A stretch of 35,279 bases of DNA from Elusimicrobiota bacterium (GTDB lineage: Bacteria; Elusimicrobiota; Elusimicrobia; UBA1565; JACRDR01): the NCBI GenBank assembly GCA_041694815.1, contig JBGFSC010000011.1, positions 1 to 35,279 on the forward strand, given 5' to 3'. The notes beneath the pieces are model-generated. The model had not been told where the DNA came from. It saw only the letters and a program-made list of their open reading frames with translations, and did no database searches. Made by a program: the position numbers and the translations under genes. The first letter of the stretch is position 1. Every line of letters begins with the position of its first letter. Below are positions 8,442 to 17,976 of the stretch, one piece after another.

Positions 8442-8824
8442 CGAGCCCGCAGACGTCCATATTGGTCGTCGAGGACGACATCCATTTCCGCGAGACGCTT
8501 ATCGACGCGATGGCGCTCAAGAACGTGCGAGTCAGCGGCGTCGCCTCGGGGGAGGGGGCGCTGAAGGCCGTGCTCTCCGATCCCCCGTCGTTGATCCTGA
8601 TGGACGTACAGCTGCCCGACACTCACGGCTTCGACCTATGCCGCGCGCTCAAGCAGACCGGCAGGCTCAAGAACGTGCCGGTAATATTCCTCTCGGCACG
8701 CTATACGGAGCCCGCCGACCGCGCCGAGGGGCTTTTGGCCGGGGCCGACGCCTACCTTTCCAAGCCGGTGAACCTGGAATCCCTGTGGGAAGAAGTCCGC
8801 TATCTTCTTGACAAGGCCAATTGA
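8438..8824 (+). CDS. Single-domain response regulator (REC only)
   Basis: Motifs ILVVEDD, LILMDVQLP (phospho-Asp), VIFLSA and AYLSKP. ATGA overlap with the upstream gene. Confidence 0.9.
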   Translation: MTSPQTSILVVEDDIHFRETLIDAMALKNVRVSGVASGEGALKAVLSDPPSLILMDVQLPDTHGFDLCRALKQTGRLKNVPVIFLSARYTEPADRAEGLLAGADAYLSKPVNLESLWEEVRYLLDKAN

Positions 8825-8837
8825 GTCCTGCTAACAT
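8808..8837 (+). promoter_or_regulatory. Sigma70-type promoter of the trxA operon
   Basis: TTGACA (8808-8813), 18-nt spacer, TAACAT (8832-8837) with extended TG. GGAGGA SD at 8913-8918. Confidence 0.65.
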
Positions 8838-8924
8838 GAGCTTGTTGTAGCCGCTTAAAGCGCTTCCCTAGCTTTCGCTCTCCCAAACGATCTTTACGAA
8901 AATCTCGGGGTCTGGAGGAAAATC

Positions 8925-9260
8925 ATGGGTTCGGAAATACAGTTGACCGACGACAGCTTCGACGCGCAGGTGGTCAAGAGCGCGGAGCCGGTCCTGGTGG
9001 ATTTTTGGGCGCCCTGGTGCGGGCCCTGCCGCATGCTGGCCCCGGTGGTCGAGGAGCTGGCCAAGGAGTACGCCGGGAAGGTGCGCGTGGCCAAGCTCAA
9101 CACCGACGAGCACCCCAACGCCGCCACCCGATACAAGATTTCAGCCATCCCGACCCTGCTCTTCTTCAAAGGAGGCAAGGTCGTCGAGCAGTTGGTGGGG
9201 GTCCATTCGAAGGCGGACATCAAGAAGACCCTCGATTCGCTCGTCGGCGCCCAAGCTTAG
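8925..9260 (+). CDS. trxA: Thioredoxin
   Basis: DFWAPWCGPC active site, IPTL cis-Pro motif, 111 aa, strong SD. Confidence 0.96.
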   Translation: MGSEIQLTDDSFDAQVVKSAEPVLVDFWAPWCGPCRMLAPVVEELAKEYAGKVRVAKLNTDEHPNAATRYKISAIPTLLFFKGGKVVEQLVGVHSKADIKKTLDSLVGAQA

Positions 9261-9263
9261 GGA

Positions 9264-9773
9264 GTGCCGGGATTCTTTCTCGCGTTGGCGGCGGCCCTGG
9301 GGCTGGCGGGCTGCGCGCGGCCTTCGAGCCTCGACGACCGCGCGCCCGACTTCGAGGCCCCGGACCTCCAAGGCCGAACGTTTCGGCTTTCCGAGCTGCG
9401 CGGCAAGGCGGTGCTGCTTGATTTCTGGGCCACGTGGTGCGGCCCCTGCGAGGAGACCATCCCCTCCTTGGAGCGGCTGCATGAGAAGTACGCTTCGGGA
9501 GGGCTGGAGGTGGTCGGCGTGAGCGTGGACGGCGCCCCTAAGGAGGTGCCGCGCTACGTGAAGGCGCACGGGATGCGTTATAGGGTGCTCCTCGATCCGG
9601 ACCAGCGGGTTATGGAGCGCTACGGGGTCAGCAGCATCCCGACCTCGGTGTTGATCGACCCCCAGGGAAGAATCGCGCAGCGATGGCTCGGCTTCGACGC
9701 GCTCGTCCTAGCCGAGCAGGAGAAGTCCGTCCGCTTGCTGCTTGAGCGTAACGCGCCGGCGAAGACGAAATAA
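9264..9773 (+). CDS. TlpA/ResA-family thiol-disulfide oxidoreductase, lipoprotein
   Basis: LAGC lipobox; motifs APDF, GKAVLLDFWATWCGPC and IPTSVLID. Confidence 0.9.
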   Translation: MPGFFLALAAALGLAGCARPSSLDDRAPDFEAPDLQGRTFRLSELRGKAVLLDFWATWCGPCEETIPSLERLHEKYASGGLEVVGVSVDGAPKEVPRYVKAHGMRYRVLLDPDQRVMERYGVSSIPTSVLIDPQGRIAQRWLGFDALVLAEQEKSVRLLLERNAPAKTK

Positions 9774-9779
9774 AGTCCA

Positions 9780-12461
9780 GTGTCCGTGACCGCTTCTAAA
9801 ACACAACGCTTGTACCTGGTGGATGCCCACGCCTACCTGCATCGCGCCTACCACGCGCTTCCTCCGCTCAAGACCTCCAAGGGGGAGCCGGTCGGCGCCT
9901 TGTTCGGGTTCGCGCGCATGCTGCAGGTCCTGCTCAAGCGCGAGAAGCCCGAATGCCTGATCGTGTGCTTCGATATGCCGGGTCCGACCTTCCGCCACAA
10001 GGCCTACGCGCAGTACAAAGCCACCCGCAAGGAGATTGACGGGGATTTGAAGTCGCAGCTGGCCCTGGCCATGCCCATGGCGGAGGCAATGGGCCTGCGC
10101 TGCCTGGGAGCTGAGGGCTTCGAGGCCGATGACCTGATGGCGACCTTGGCCAGGCGCGCCGTCTCCCGCGGCTTGGACGTGGTGCTGGTCACCGGCGACA
10201 AGGACGCCCTACAGCTCGTGGGCGAGCGCGTCAAGGTGCTCAATGAGGCTAAGGGGGAATGGTTCGACGCCCAGAAGGTCCTCGAGAAGTTCAACGTACG
10301 TCCGGGCCAGATCGTCGACTACCTCTCTCTCATCGGCGATAGCTCCGACAACGTGCCGGGCGTGCCGGGCATCGGCAGCGCGGGAGCCGTCAAGCTCCTG
10401 GCGCGATACGGAAGCCTGGACGCGTTGCTCCAGGCGGCGCGGGCCCGGGATCCAGGATTGCCTCCCAAACTGGCCAAGGCCTTAAGCGAGTCCCAGGAAA
10501 AGGCCCTCTTCGGGCGCACGCTGCTGGAGCTCGATGCCTCCGCTCCTGTCGAGGAATCGCCCGAGCGCTGCGCCGTTAAACCGGCCGATCCCGCCGTCCT
10601 GATACCTCTCTTCGAGCGCTTGGAATTTTTCTCTCTGCTCAAGGAGCTATTGCCCGATTATTCGGCCGCCGTCGGGGACGGCCCCATCTCCGTCTCGGGG
10701 ACTTGGTCCGCCCCCGCCCCTCCCAAGCCGTTGCCGCTCGGCGCATGGCTGGAGCGCGCCGCCGGGGCCCGGGAGATTGCGGTCGCGTTTTGCCCCGCTT
10801 CCGAGGAGATATCCTCCTCGCAGCCGGGCTTGCCCCTGCCCGCCTGCTGGACGCTGGGCCTAAGCCTGCCCGAGGGCCCCGTATGCCTTGCCGACGCGCA
10901 GAAGGCCGGCGCCCACGACGGTTTGGCGCGGTTGCTCGGAGATCCGAAGGTCGGCAAGCTGGGCCACGACCTCAAGGCGGTGTTCTCGTCCTTGGCCGAG
11001 TCCGGGACCCGCGCCGCCGGGGCGCGCTTCGATTCGATGCTTGCCGCCTACTGCTTGAGTCCGGGCCAGGCGAAATATGAGTTCGCGTCGGTCTGGCGAT
11101 TGGCGGGGGCCCAGCCGCTTCCCGCCGGGGAAGAGTCGCGGGCGGCGGCCTTGAGGCAGGCGGCCGCGTTCTGGAAATTGCGCGAGGAGCTTAAGCGTCG
11201 CCTTGAGGACGCGCGTGTCCTGGAACTTTACGAAGGGCTGGAGATGCCGCTAGTCGAGGTGCTCGCCTCCATGGAGAGCCGCGGCGTGGCGGTCGACGCC
11301 CCGTACCTGATTCGCCTGCAGGAGGAGTTCCAGGGGCGCATCGCGGAGGTCAAGCGCGAGCTCGATGCGATGGCTGGCGCCGAGCTCAACCTCAACTCCC
11401 CGCGCCAGCTGGGCAAGCTGCTTTTCGAGGATTTGAAGCTTCCCGTGATCCGCAAGACGCCCAAGGGCGGCGTCTCTACGGACGAAGAGACGCTGCGCGC
11501 CTTGACTTCCCTGCATCCCATCCCCGCCAAGATTATCGAGTACCGGGAGCTGGCCAAGCTCAAGTCGACCTACGTGGACGCGCTTCTGGAGCGTCGGGAC
11601 CCCCGGACCGGCCGCGTGCATACGCGCTTCAACCAGGCGGGAACCGCGACGGGGCGGCTCTCCAGCGTGGAGCCCAACTTGCAGAACATCCCTATCCGCT
11701 CGCCGCTGGGCCAGAAGATACGCCGCGGCTTCGTCCCGGCGCCGGGCAACCTCCTGGTCTCCTGCGATTACTCGCAGATCGACCTACGCGTGCTGGCCCA
11801 TCTCTCCGAGGATCCCGAGCTCTGCGGGGCGTACCGCAAGGGCGTGGACGTGCATCTCAAGACCGCCTGCGAGGTGTTCGGCGTGGAGCCAGAGGCGGTG
11901 GACTCCGAGATGCGGCGGCGGGCCAAGGCCGTCAATTTCGGGATCGTCTACGGGCAGACGCCCTTCGGGCTCGGACAGGAGCTGGGCATTCCCGTGGCCG
12001 CGGCCAAGCAGTACATCGAGCGCTACCAGGCCCGCTACCGCGGGGTGGCGGAATGGAGCCGGCGCAATCTTGAGTCCGCGCGGCGCGATGGCTTCGTGCG
12101 CACCCTACTGGGGCGCGTGCGCTTCTTGCCCGACTTAAGCGCCAAGAATACCGCCGTCCGGCAATTCAACGAGCGCGCGGCGGGCAATACGCCGATCCAA
12201 GGTACTACGGCCGACATCATCAAGGTGGCCATGCTCAACATCCACCGCAAGCTCGGTTCGGAGGCGGCCGCCAAGGGCGCCGTCTTGCTACTTCAAGTGC
12301 ACGACGACCTCCTGTTCGAATGCCCCGCGGAGAAGGCCGAGGCGTTCGCCCGATGGGCCCGCCGCGAGATGGAGGAAGCGCTCAGACTGCGGGTCCCCCT
12401 GGTCGTGGAGGCCAAAATCGGCGCCAATTGGCAGGACCTCCGTCCGGTGCGAGAGACATGA
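9780..12461 (+). CDS. polA: DNA polymerase I
   Basis: 5'-3' exonuclease (LVDAH, EADD, GDKD, GDSSDNVPGV) and polymerase motifs (TGRLSS..PNLQNIP, DYSQIDLR, KAVNFGIVYG, QVHD). The proofreading domain looks degenerate. Confidence 0.97.
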   Translation: MSVTASKTQRLYLVDAHAYLHRAYHALPPLKTSKGEPVGALFGFARMLQVLLKREKPECLIVCFDMPGPTFRHKAYAQYKATRKEIDGDLKSQLALAMPMAEAMGLRCLGAEGFEADDLMATLARRAVSRGLDVVLVTGDKDALQLVGERVKVLNEAKGEWFDAQKVLEKFNVRPGQIVDYLSLIGDSSDNVPGVPGIGSAGAVKLLARYGSLDALLQAARARDPGLPPKLAKALSESQEKALFGRTLLELDASAPVEESPERCAVKPADPAVLIPLFERLEFFSLLKELLPDYSAAVGDGPISVSGTWSAPAPPKPLPLGAWLERAAGAREIAVAFCPASEEISSSQPGLPLPACWTLGLSLPEGPVCLADAQKAGAHDGLARLLGDPKVGKLGHDLKAVFSSLAESGTRAAGARFDSMLAAYCLSPGQAKYEFASVWRLAGAQPLPAGEESRAAALRQAAAFWKLREELKRRLEDARVLELYEGLEMPLVEVLASMESRGVAVDAPYLIRLQEEFQGRIAEVKRELDAMAGAELNLNSPRQLGKLLFEDLKLPVIRKTPKGGVSTDEETLRALTSLHPIPAKIIEYRELAKLKSTYVDALLERRDPRTGRVHTRFNQAGTATGRLSSVEPNLQNIPIRSPLGQKIRRGFVPAPGNLLVSCDYSQIDLRVLAHLSEDPELCGAYRKGVDVHLKTACEVFGVEPEAVDSEMRRRAKAVNFGIVYGQTPFGLGQELGIPVAAAKQYIERYQARYRGVAEWSRRNLESARRDGFVRTLLGRVRFLPDLSAKNTAVRQFNERAAGNTPIQGTTADIIKVAMLNIHRKLGSEAAAKGAVLLLQVHDDLLFECPAEKAEAFARWARREMEEALRLRVPLVVEAKIGANWQDLRPVRET

Positions 12462-13291
12462 GCCAGCGTTTTTCCCACGGACCCATCGATTTTCGTTCCA
12501 TGCCCTCGGCGGTGAAGGCGTTGATGCTGGCCAACTGCGTGGCTTTCCTCATGACGCAGATCGTCGCGGGCCAGTTCTTCGAGCTCTTCGGGCTCGTCCC
12601 GGCGCATGTGATCCGGGACCGCTGGGTCTGGCAGCCGGCCACCTACCTTTTCCTGCACGGCAGCTTCATGCACCTGCTCTTCAATATTTTCGCCTTATGG
12701 ATGTTCGGCGTGCCCATCGAGTCGGAGTGGGGCGCGCGCGAGTTCCTTAAATACTATTTCATCTGCGGGATCGGGGCCGCGCTCTGCAGCGTCGCCTTGA
12801 ACCCCCATTCGCACTTCCCGGTGATCGGCGCCTCGGGGGCCGTCTACGGCCTGCTGGTGGCCTTCGCGATGCTCTACCCGGATGCGGTGATCTACCTCTA
12901 TTTCTTCTTCCCGATTAAGGCGAGCCACATGGCGATACTCTTCGGCCTCATCGAGTTCTTCGCCGGAACCACGCAGGCGACGCCCGGGGTGGCGCGCTTC
13001 GCGCATCTCGGCGGCATGGTGGTGGGCTACCTGTACCTGCGCTGGTGGTGGATCGTGAAGATCAGGCTCAAGGGCCTTTTCTCTCCCGCGGGCCGGGGGG
13101 CCGCCACCCCGCGCCGGTCGCCCAGGCGCCCCAGCCCCGAGGCGCCCCTCGAGGATTCCATGGCCGAGGTGGACCGCATCCTCGACAAGATATCGGCCTT
13201 CGGCAAGGATTCCTTGAACGACGAGGAACGCGAAGTGCTTCGCCGGCACTCGGACCGCGCGCGCAAGAACAGGCCGGAGGGCAATGCGTAG
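12458..13291 (+). CDS. Rhomboid intramembrane serine protease with C-terminal DUF6576-like tail
   Basis: Motifs HLLFN, GASG (catalytic Ser), AHLGG (catalytic His) and VDRILDKIS tail. ATG at 12458 overlaps the polA stop. Confidence 0.9.
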   Translation: MSQRFSHGPIDFRSMPSAVKALMLANCVAFLMTQIVAGQFFELFGLVPAHVIRDRWVWQPATYLFLHGSFMHLLFNIFALWMFGVPIESEWGAREFLKYYFICGIGAALCSVALNPHSHFPVIGASGAVYGLLVAFAMLYPDAVIYLYFFFPIKASHMAILFGLIEFFAGTTQATPGVARFAHLGGMVVGYLYLRWWWIVKIRLKGLFSPAGRGAATPRRSPRRPSPEAPLEDSMAEVDRILDKISAFGKDSLNDEEREVLRRHSDRARKNRPEGNA

Positions 13292-13889
13292 GCTGGTGGT
13301 GGGCCTGACGGGGGGCATCGGCAGCGGCAAGAGCACCGCGCTCGCTGCGTTCGAGGACGCCGGCGCCGAGGCCGTCTCCTGCGATCGCTTGGCGCATGAG
13401 CTCTCCGAGCCCGGGCGCCCGCTCCATCGGGCGCTTTATCGGGCCTTCGGCCCCCGTTACTTCGACCGCAACGGGCGTCTGGACCGCCGGGCGCTAGCCA
13501 GGCATGTGTTCTCCCGGCCTTCCGAGCGCCGCCGGCTGGAGAGGCTCACGCATCCGCCGATACTCCGGGAGCTCGAGCGCCGCGTCGCCGCCGCGCGGAA
13601 AAAAGTCGTCGTCATCGACGTGCCCCTGCTTTTCGAGGCGAGTCTCGCGGCGCGCTTCGACGTGACGGTGCTGGTGTCGGCGCCCGAGGAGGCCGCGGCC
13701 CGGCGCGTGATGCGCCGCGACGGCGCGGCCTTGGCGCAGATCCGCAGGCGACAGCGCAGCCAGATGCCGCTGGCGGGCAAGCTGGCCTTGGCCGACGTCG
13801 TGATCCGCAACGAGGGCCGCGTCAAGGATTTGAGATCGCAGGTGAAGGAGTATTACAGGGCTTTCGAACTGATCGCCACCGCCGCCTAG
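13284..13889 (+). CDS. coaE: Dephospho-CoA kinase
   Basis: Motifs [24 protein letters not shown] and ADVVIRN. Confidence 0.95.
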   Translation: MRRLVVGLTGGIGSGKSTALAAFEDAGAEAVSCDRLAHELSEPGRPLHRALYRAFGPRYFDRNGRLDRRALARHVFSRPSERRRLERLTHPPILRELERRVAAARKKVVVIDVPLLFEASLAARFDVTVLVSAPEEAAARRVMRRDGAALAQIRRRQRSQMPLAGKLALADVVIRNEGRVKDLRSQVKEYYRAFELIATAA

Positions 13890-13899
13890 GAGACCGAAA

Positions 13900-15207
13900 A
13901 TGGAATCGCAGACCACGCAGCAGACCCCGCAGCAAGCCAAGCAGATGGACGTCACGGCCTTATCGAAGCTCACCGTCGCCGAGCTGCAGAAGGTGGCCCG
14001 GGAGCTCAAGCTCGAGGGCGTCGACGGGCTTCGCAAACAGGAGATGATCGCCAAGATACTCGAGGGCCAGGCCAAGCAGAACGGCGCCATCTTCGACGAG
14101 GGGGTGCTCGAGATACTCCCGGACGGCTTCGGCTTCCTCCGCTCGGCCGGCTACAACTACCTGCCCGGGCCCGACGACATCTACGTCTCGCCCTCGCAGA
14201 TCAAGAAATTCGGCCTGCGCAAGGGCGACTCCGTCTCGGGCAACGTGCGCGGCCCCAAGGATGGCGAGCGCTTCTTCGCCCTGCTGCAGGTCAAGAGCGT
14301 CAATGGGATCCCGATCGAGCAGCTCAAGGATAGGCCCTTTTTCGACAACCTGACCCCGCTGCACCCCAACACGCGGCTGACCTTGGAGACGACGCGCCAG
14401 GAGCTCACCACCCGCTGCCTCGACCTCATCGCGCCGATCGGCAAGGGCCAGCGCGGGCTCATCGTCGCCGCCCCCAAGACCGGCAAGACCGTGATCCTGC
14501 AGAAGATCGCCAACGCCATCAGCACCAATTACCCCGAGATCGTGCTGATGGTGCTGCTCATCGACGAGCGGCCCGAGGAGGTCACCGACATGCAGCGCTC
14601 GGTCAAGGGAGAGGTCATCGCCTCGACTTTCGACGAGCCGGCCGACCGGCACGTGCAGGTGGCCGAGATGGTGCTCGAGAAGGCCAAGCGGCAGACCGAG
14701 ATGGGCAAGGACGTGGTCGTGCTGCTCGACTCGATCACGCGCCTGGCGCGCGCCTACAACACGATCACGCCATCGAGCGGGCGCGTGCTCTCGGGAGGGC
14801 TCGAGGCCACCTCGCTGCAGCGGCCCAAGCGTTTTTTGGGGGCCGCGCGCAACATCGAGGAGGGGGGCAGCCTCACCATCATGGCCACCTCGCTGGTGGA
14901 GACCGGAAGCCGGATGGACGAGGTCATCTTCGAGGAGTTCAAGGGCACGGGCAACATGGAGGTTTATCTCGACCGCAAGCTGGCCGACCGACGCATCTTC
15001 CCGGCCTTCGAGATCAACCGTTCCGGCACGCGCAAGGAAGAGCTGCTTCTCTCGGAAGACGAGCTTAACAAGGTCTGGATCCTACGCAAGGTGCTGGCCC
15101 CGCTCAACTCGGTGGAGTCGATGGAGCTCCTGCACGAGAAGCTTTTGGCCACCAAGTCCAACAAGGACTTCCTCAAGTCGATGGAGCTCTCTAGCCTCGG
15201 GTCTTAG
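13900..15207 (+). CDS. rho: Transcription termination factor Rho
   Basis: Motifs [40 protein letters not shown] and EEFKGTGN. Confidence 0.98.
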   Translation: MESQTTQQTPQQAKQMDVTALSKLTVAELQKVARELKLEGVDGLRKQEMIAKILEGQAKQNGAIFDEGVLEILPDGFGFLRSAGYNYLPGPDDIYVSPSQIKKFGLRKGDSVSGNVRGPKDGERFFALLQVKSVNGIPIEQLKDRPFFDNLTPLHPNTRLTLETTRQELTTRCLDLIAPIGKGQRGLIVAAPKTGKTVILQKIANAISTNYPEIVLMVLLIDERPEEVTDMQRSVKGEVIASTFDEPADRHVQVAEMVLEKAKRQTEMGKDVVVLLDSITRLARAYNTITPSSGRVLSGGLEATSLQRPKRFLGAARNIEEGGSLTIMATSLVETGSRMDEVIFEEFKGTGNMEVYLDRKLADRRIFPAFEINRSGTRKEELLLSEDELNKVWILRKVLAPLNSVESMELLHEKLLATKSNKDFLKSMELSSLGS

Positions 15208-15223
15208 AAATCCGCAGCAAGAT

Positions 15224-15289
15224 AGGCCCTAAGTGCTTGCCGGGCCTGCCCTTTGGGCCCATGCCGAATCAGGTTTGGCTTCGTATAAT
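15224..15289 (+). promoter_or_regulatory. Box-type promoter B
   Basis: AGGCC-CTAA-GTGCT (15224-15237), TGCCC-TTTG-GGCCC (15247-15260), 23 nt, TATAAT (15284-15289), 6 nt, GTG at 15296. Confidence 0.72.
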
Positions 15290-15295
15290 GTCCCC

Positions 15296-15817
15296 GTGGG
15301 ATTCCTCGGCCTTGTCGCGTTCCTTTCCTTCGGCACGCCCAACATCGTCCTAGCCGCCGAGCCGGGCCCGGAAGACGCCAAGCAAAGCGCCGATGCCGCG
15401 TTCGGGGAGAATACGGGCGCCAAGCCGGGCCGATCTGGCGAGGCGGTTTCCTCGACTTCTTCCGGAATTGGCGCCCAACTGGGTAAATTTTTCTCCAAGG
15501 AACCCGCAAAACGGAAAACGCGGATTCCCTCTCCCGAAAATTTCGGAGTCGACCCGGACTCAAAGAAAGGCTTTTGGGAGAACGCCTTGGGAGACGCCGC
15601 GGCCTTGCTCTCCATTCCCCTATTCGGCCTGGCCGTAGTCTTGATGGGCCCCATCGGCGCCCTAGCCTTGGCCGCGGGGGGCGCCATCGCCGGCAGCCTT
15701 ACCACTGGTGATCCGTTGGTGGGCATCTATTCCGTGATGGTCTGGCCGATGTTTACCAGCATGTCGATCGGCGCCAAGCTCGGCGCGAAGATCGATCGCT
15801 TCTTTAAATCTCGTTAA
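15296..15817 (+). CDS. Hypothetical exported/membrane protein with Gly/Ala-rich C-terminal helices
   Basis: GTG at 15296 gives a signal-like N-terminus (MGFLGLVAFLSFGTPNIVLAA). Hydrophobic segment LLSIPLFGLAVVLMGPIGALALAAGGAIAG. Confidence 0.65.
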   Translation: MGFLGLVAFLSFGTPNIVLAAEPGPEDAKQSADAAFGENTGAKPGRSGEAVSSTSSGIGAQLGKFFSKEPAKRKTRIPSPENFGVDPDSKKGFWENALGDAAALLSIPLFGLAVVLMGPIGALALAAGGAIAGSLTTGDPLVGIYSVMVWPMFTSMSIGAKLGAKIDRFFKSR

Positions 15818-15823
15818 CCGATC

Positions 15824-15905
15824 GCGTTTCCATTAATTTTACTTCCGCTGCGGAAGTGAAATTAAGGGAAACGCTATTTTATCCGCCCTGGGGCGGATGA
15901 AATAG
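15824..15905. repeat. Two adjacent, related near-perfect palindromes
   Basis: 15824-15874: GCGTTTCC-A-TTAATTTTACTTCCGC-T-GCGGAAGTGAAATTAA-G-GGAAACGC. 15874-15905: CTATTTTATCCGCCC-TG-GGGCGGATGAAATAG. Confidence 0.8.
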
Positions 15906-15947
15906 ACGAAACGCTCGATCTCGTTTACGAAACGATCGTAACCATTT

Positions 15948-16037
15948 TGCCCAAAGGGCCCATTTGCCGGTAGGCCTAAATCCGGCCGGAGACCGGGTCT
16001 TTGGGCCCAGGCGCCCTGACCTGTGAGAGATTACGCT
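15948..16037 (+). promoter_or_regulatory. Box-type promoter C (three boxes)
   Basis: TGCCC-AAAG-GGCCC (15948-15961), partial box AGGCC-TAAA (from 15972), GGGTC-TTTG-GGCCC (15995-16008), 23 nt, TACGCT (16032-16037). Confidence 0.68.
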
Positions 16038-16074
16038 AAAGATGAATGTCATCCTTAACTCGGTTGGGGTAAAA

Positions 16075-16542
16075 ATGAAAACACGATTAATGATCGCGTC
16101 GCTCATCGCTTTTGCTTGGGGCGCCGCCGCGTATGCCGGTGAAAGCGACGAGGCGTTGGTGGCGGGAGCCGCCGTGGAGTTCGACAATAGCGCGGCCGGA
16201 TCTCAAGCAACTGGCGTCGCGGCAAGGAGCGGCTTGAAGGGCATGAGGCAGGCGGGTGTCATCAGTTCGACGAAGGCTAAGGGCCGAGCCGTCGCGCAGC
16301 CTTCCGCTAAATGCAGTTCACAAGGCCCTTCGAATAAAGCGCTCAGGCTATGGAAGAGCCTTGCGTGGGCGGGAGTGACGACTGCCGTCATCGGAGGGGC
16401 GACCGCCGTTGGTCTTGTCATCGCTACCTTGGTCACCGGCAATGTGAATCTCGCGGCTTTTGGCTTGGGCATAACGTTGGGCTCGATGCTGAGCCTGTTC
16501 ATCAGCACCGTCGCGACGATTCAAGCTAAGAAGTTGCAATAA
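16075..16542 (+). CDS. Hypothetical exported/membrane protein with two C-terminal Gly-rich TM helices
   Basis: Signal peptide MKTRLMIASLIAFAWGAAAYA. TM segments AGVTTAVIGGATAVGLVIATLV and LAAFGLGITLGSMLSLFISTVA. Confidence 0.7.
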   Translation: MKTRLMIASLIAFAWGAAAYAGESDEALVAGAAVEFDNSAAGSQATGVAARSGLKGMRQAGVISSTKAKGRAVAQPSAKCSSQGPSNKALRLWKSLAWAGVTTAVIGGATAVGLVIATLVTGNVNLAAFGLGITLGSMLSLFISTVATIQAKKLQ

Positions 16543-16550
16543 TAGTCGGG

Positions 16551-17909
16551 TCACATTAGAAACCACGTCGCCAAGCCGAAATAGACGGCTGTGCTGAGCA
16601 GGTCCGTGAACGTCGTAATCAGTGGACCCGTGGCGGTGGCCGGGTCGATGCCCAGCCGCTTGAACACCAGCGGCTCGATGGCCCCCGCCGAGCTGGCCGC
16701 CGACATCGAGACGAGCATCCCGGTCCCCACCAGCGCCGCGAATTTCCAGCCGTAGCGATCGCCGTACAAGAACCAAGCCGAGAATCCGATGAGGAGGCCG
16801 TAAAAGGCCCCCAAAAGGATTCCAGCCGAGATTTCCTTGGCCACGGTCGTAAACTGCTGTCCGGGCTTGACCTCCCCGGTGGCCAGTCCCCGCACCATGA
16901 CGGTCGCGGTCTGCGACCCTACGCTGCCGCCCATCGCGGCGATGAGAGGGATGAAGGTGGCCAGGGCGACGAGCTTCGAAAGGGTAAGCTCATGATGCTT
17001 GATGATATAGGCGACGATGAGCTCCCCGACGCAGGTCGCCACCAGCCAGGGCAGGCGCACGCGCGTGATGCCGAGCACGGATTTCGTCGCCAGGCCGCCG
17101 CGCACGCCGGCCATCTTGGCGAAGTCCTCCTCGGTCTCCTCGCTGGCGACGTCGACCAAGTCGCGAAACACGACCACCCCTAGCAGCTTGCGACGGCCGT
17201 CGACTACGGGCAGGCTCTTGAACTTGTACTTGCTGAAAAGCTTGACGGCCTCCTCCTGGTCGAGCTCGGGGCTTAGGGCCTGGACCTTGGTGTCCATCAA
17301 GTCCCGCACGGGCATGTCGCCCGGCGCGACGATGAGGGACTTAAGCCCCACGACGCCCGAGAGCCGCCCCTCCGTGTCGACGACCATGAGATTATCGAGA
17401 TGGGTCTGCTCGATATGGCGCAGGCGGGTGCTCAAGCGGACGCGCTCTAAGGCCTGCTTGGTCGTCAGCCGCGGGGATATCGTGACGAAGCGCGAGCGCA
17501 TCAGCGCGCCGACGGTCTGGGGCGGGAATTGCAGGAATTGCTGCACGCTCTCGCGGCCGCTTTTCCTCATGATGCTCATGAGGTGCCGCACGACGTTCTG
17601 CGGCATCCGGCGCGCGACACGCCCAACCTCGGAGGGGTCGAGCTCGTGGAGCAGGTCCTGCACGGTCTCCTGCTGGAGCCCTTCGAGCAGCTCCTGCTGG
17701 TAGGAGGAGTCGAGCTCCTCGAAGAGCTGGTTGGCGCGCGGCCGGCTGAGCAGGCGGAAGATGGCGCGGCGCTCCTCTGGAGTGAAGTGCTCCCACCCGT
17801 CGGCCAGGTCGATGGGGCTGACCTCCTTCAAGCAGCTGCGTGCGGAAACGAAGTCGTGGTCTTGGAGCAGTTCTTTTAGGTCGGAAAGGTAGAGCTGCAG
17901 CGTCTTCAT
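16551..17909 (-). CDS. mgtE: Magnesium transporter MgtE
   Basis: N-domain, CBS pair, then RLPWL, PLIAAMGGSVGSQ and DPATATGPLITTFTD. TGnTACAAT lies 9 nt upstream. Confidence 0.95.
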   Translation of the reverse strand: MKTLQLYLSDLKELLQDHDFVSARSCLKEVSPIDLADGWEHFTPEERRAIFRLLSRPRANQLFEELDSSYQQELLEGLQQETVQDLLHELDPSEVGRVARRMPQNVVRHLMSIMRKSGRESVQQFLQFPPQTVGALMRSRFVTISPRLTTKQALERVRLSTRLRHIEQTHLDNLMVVDTEGRLSGVVGLKSLIVAPGDMPVRDLMDTKVQALSPELDQEEAVKLFSKYKFKSLPVVDGRRKLLGVVVFRDLVDVASEETEEDFAKMAGVRGGLATKSVLGITRVRLPWLVATCVGELIVAYIIKHHELTLSKLVALATFIPLIAAMGGSVGSQTATVMVRGLATGEVKPGQQFTTVAKEISAGILLGAFYGLLIGFSAWFLYGDRYGWKFAALVGTGMLVSMSAASSAGAIEPLVFKRLGIDPATATGPLITTFTDLLSTAVYFGLATWFLM

Positions 17910-17976
17910 CGCGCAGCGATTGTATCATTTGACGCCGCGCCTTTTGGCCGAGGACCGCTTTGTGTATAATCGACCC

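Noticed and set aside
10680..11220. Degenerate 3'-5' exonuclease domain of PolA as a novelty
   Set aside because: Loss of proofreading residues in Pol I is common in many bacterial lineages.
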